Shown in pieces: positions 61,691 through 64,000 of a stretch of 64,000 bases of DNA. Below the pieces are notes generated by a model, which worked only from the letters and a program-made list of their open reading frames with translations, ran no database searches and was not told the DNA's origin. Position 1 is the first letter of the stretch. Each line of letters opens with the position of its first letter. A program made the translations under genes and the position numbers. This stretch comes from Rhina ancylostomus (lineage: Eukaryota), in the NCBI GenBank assembly GCA_030265395.1, contig JARFYF010000104.1, forward strand, positions 78,226,436-78,290,435, given 5' to 3'.

Positions 61691-63729
61691 TCGAGAGCAA
61701 ACTCACAGAGAACCCAAATGCAGTACACCGATACAAGACTGGAGTCAGGATACNNNNNNNNNNNNNNNNNNNNNNNNNNNNNNNNNNNNNNNNNNNNNNN
61801 NNNNNNNNNNNNNNNNNNNNNNNNNNNNNNNNNNNNNNNNNNNNNNNNNNNNNNNNNNNNNNNNNNNNNNNNNNNNNNNNNNNNNNNNNNNNNNNNNNNN
61901 NNNNNNNNNNNNNNNNNNNNNNNNNNCTAGTAACAAGAAAAAGATATAAAAGGTATGAATATGCTTGAGACAGTTTGGCAATCTAGTTAAAGTTAGTGTT
62001 ATATGCAGCTTAGTTCCTAGCAACCCCAGGCATTCATATTATATGTGCAGAGATTGGAATTTGTGCTAAACCAACCAAAGTGACAAAATATAACGTACAC
62101 AATTTTTGTGATATCATTTTATCTCAGTTACTTACCATTACTCATATGCTGGTAGCTTTTTCCAAGAAAAGGAACAATTGTGAAATCAAACAGACTGTAC
62201 AATGGATCAGTGCCCATTTTGTTCCCTAAAAACAGCGATTACCCATTAAAAGAAAATCATTTTAAAATTCACTTTGACTGAATTATACATGGGTTATAGT
62301 GAAATCTGGGAATCACCAAACATTTTTACTTATCGTGAATGGTGTGAAGGTATTAATGCAAAGCTTAACTTCCATTATATTTTGATATAGCATTGACCTT
62401 TTGTAAATTTTGGCGTATGAAGACTGAAGTCAAACTATGAAAATAGTCTGATGTTTTTCACAATCTCATTGCAGTGGAATCCATACATGCTGGAATGTAA
62501 TGCAATGTTGCTTTCTTCTTCCTGCCATGTGATTGTCACTTACTGCCTAAGCGGTCCTGTATGTGACAATTTAGACTATGACTCAGAGATAATCATAAAA
62601 CTCTCAATAGTCATGTAAAGTTGTGGCTTGCAACAAAACAAAACTAAATGGTTCTAGCTCTAATTGGATCAAAAGCCAGATGCAATATTATGGAGGTATC
62701 AGAGAAGTGTGCTGTCATTGTGAAAAGAAAAAAACAAAAATTGCAGGAAATAGACAACAACTTATTCCACATGCTTTTGGTCATAATCCTTCACCTTGCT
62801 TCAGGTCCTGCTGAAAAAGTCAACCTGTCTCTTTCAGATATGAATCAACCTACTGAGCACTTTCAGCAATTTCTGTGAATCTCAAACTGTCATATAGAAT
62901 GTTTTAAAGATTTAAATTTTTAAAGAGTGGACAGTTTTTCCAGTCACCCATTAATGCTGATTACATCCATCAGCTTTATCCAAGATGTCGGTAAGTCTGT
63001 TGTAGAATGATCAGATTGGGATTTGATCAATCTTATCAAAATTGATGTGTTCCAACTGTAAGTAAACAAGCACTTCTGGCAACCTGTTCCATATAGTGTC
63101 TTGTGATGTTACAGTCCTTTTCATCAGTGATTCTGAGTCCAGAAAGCTGAGCCAAACTCTCATCAATGGAGTCATCTGTTTTTGTTTTTTTTTCTGTGTG
63201 TGTTTCTAGTCTTTGACTGCATGGGCTGATGTAAGGGTGTTAATTACCAAATACTAAACAGTCTGGAGAAATTAATGTGTGAACTCAGAACATGTGATTG
63301 CTGTATTGCTGTGAAATAGGCATGAGTTCTTATGCCTATAAATGCTGCATACAACTAACATTTGTTTTCAAATAATTTTGGCTAAACTAACTGGTTGCAT
63401 TCCTGTGTATATACAGTATATATGCAACTTAATTGAAAACTTATCTTGGTGTGATTTTAGCCTTATTTACACCACAGCTGTAAATGTACATGTTGTGAAT
63501 TTGCAGCTGATTATTAACACTTCTTTTGAAAGGTGTAAAGTTATTTACTCTGATCTGATAAGAATATAGTCTTTCATCTTTGTGAACTAGATTCCAGAAG
63601 GCTGGGGTTTGCTTGATAAGATTTGATCCAGGCTTTTTTTTCGAAGACGAAACAGAACACATGGATAGTTCTGAGAATTTTATCCAGTCGCAAGTACATG
63701 TAGGATCAGAGTTCACTGAATATGAATGA

Positions 63730-64000
63730 TGCTTCTTCAGCTAGTTTATAGCCCAATGCCGATGAAACTAGCACATTGCTTGAGGGACTTCACCCAAATA
63801 ACAACTCGGATGTTGTGGTGGGAGGTGAAGCATTGGCACTTGCCCTTGACTTTGACAAAAGCTGTTCATGGAGATCTGGTGAATTCTGTGTCATTGACTT
63901 CCTCTTTTCTTTCATAGACTGCCGTCAGGTCTCAGTTCACTGGAGATCACCATCCAACCTGTGATGTCAACTACTTGGATGAGCAGCCAATAACATTAAA
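63730..64000 (+). mobile_element. Decayed old CR1/L2-group LINE RT fragment
   Basis: GGAGGTGAAGCATTGGCACTTGCCCTTGACTTTGAC (GE...ALD motif) and CTTGGATGAGCAGCCAATAACA are similar to the other copies. Confidence 0.45.

Noticed and set aside
61356-62023. Long ORFs containing X runs (also near 11550-12150, 14384-14657 and others)
   Set aside because: Their length is inflated by N gaps, and they have no coding signature.
1-64000. Prokaryote-type systems (CRISPR, operons, defence islands) or a named host gene
   Set aside because: The sequence is vertebrate non-coding DNA. I found no regularly spaced repeat-spacer array and no identifiable host coding exon.

Overview
Eukaryotic, AT-rich, repeat-dense DNA with many short N gaps. 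The repeat repertoire points to a cartilaginous fish, most likely a batoid (ray/sawfish type): CR1 LINEs, an older CR1/L2-group LINE, L2, Rex1/Babar-type and RTE LINEs, V-SINE/HE1-type and Deu-type SINEs, and Penelope-like terminal repeats. This taxonomic call is inferred from recalled repeat families, not from a database search. I found no intact protein-coding gene. All recognisable ORFs are decayed retrotransposon or transposon fragments, and the rest look like chance ORFs or run through N gaps. The window reads as a large intron or gene desert with several repeat-free, possibly constrained islands. The most notable observations are: (1) decayed minimal type-I hammerhead ribozyme motifs in Penelope-like repeats, often in inverted pairs; (2) a fossil Myb/SANT-like, Harbinger-type gene at about 19.8-21.5 kb; (3) three frame-preserving microexon candidates (15, 12 and 21 nt), all on the + strand; (4) a Tigger/pogo-type MITE; (5) a SINE that looks like a 5'+3' bipartite derivative of a resident LINE; and (6) a perfect paired SOX site. 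None is demonstrably a new system from sequence alone. Repeat boundaries are approximate and were estimated by eye.
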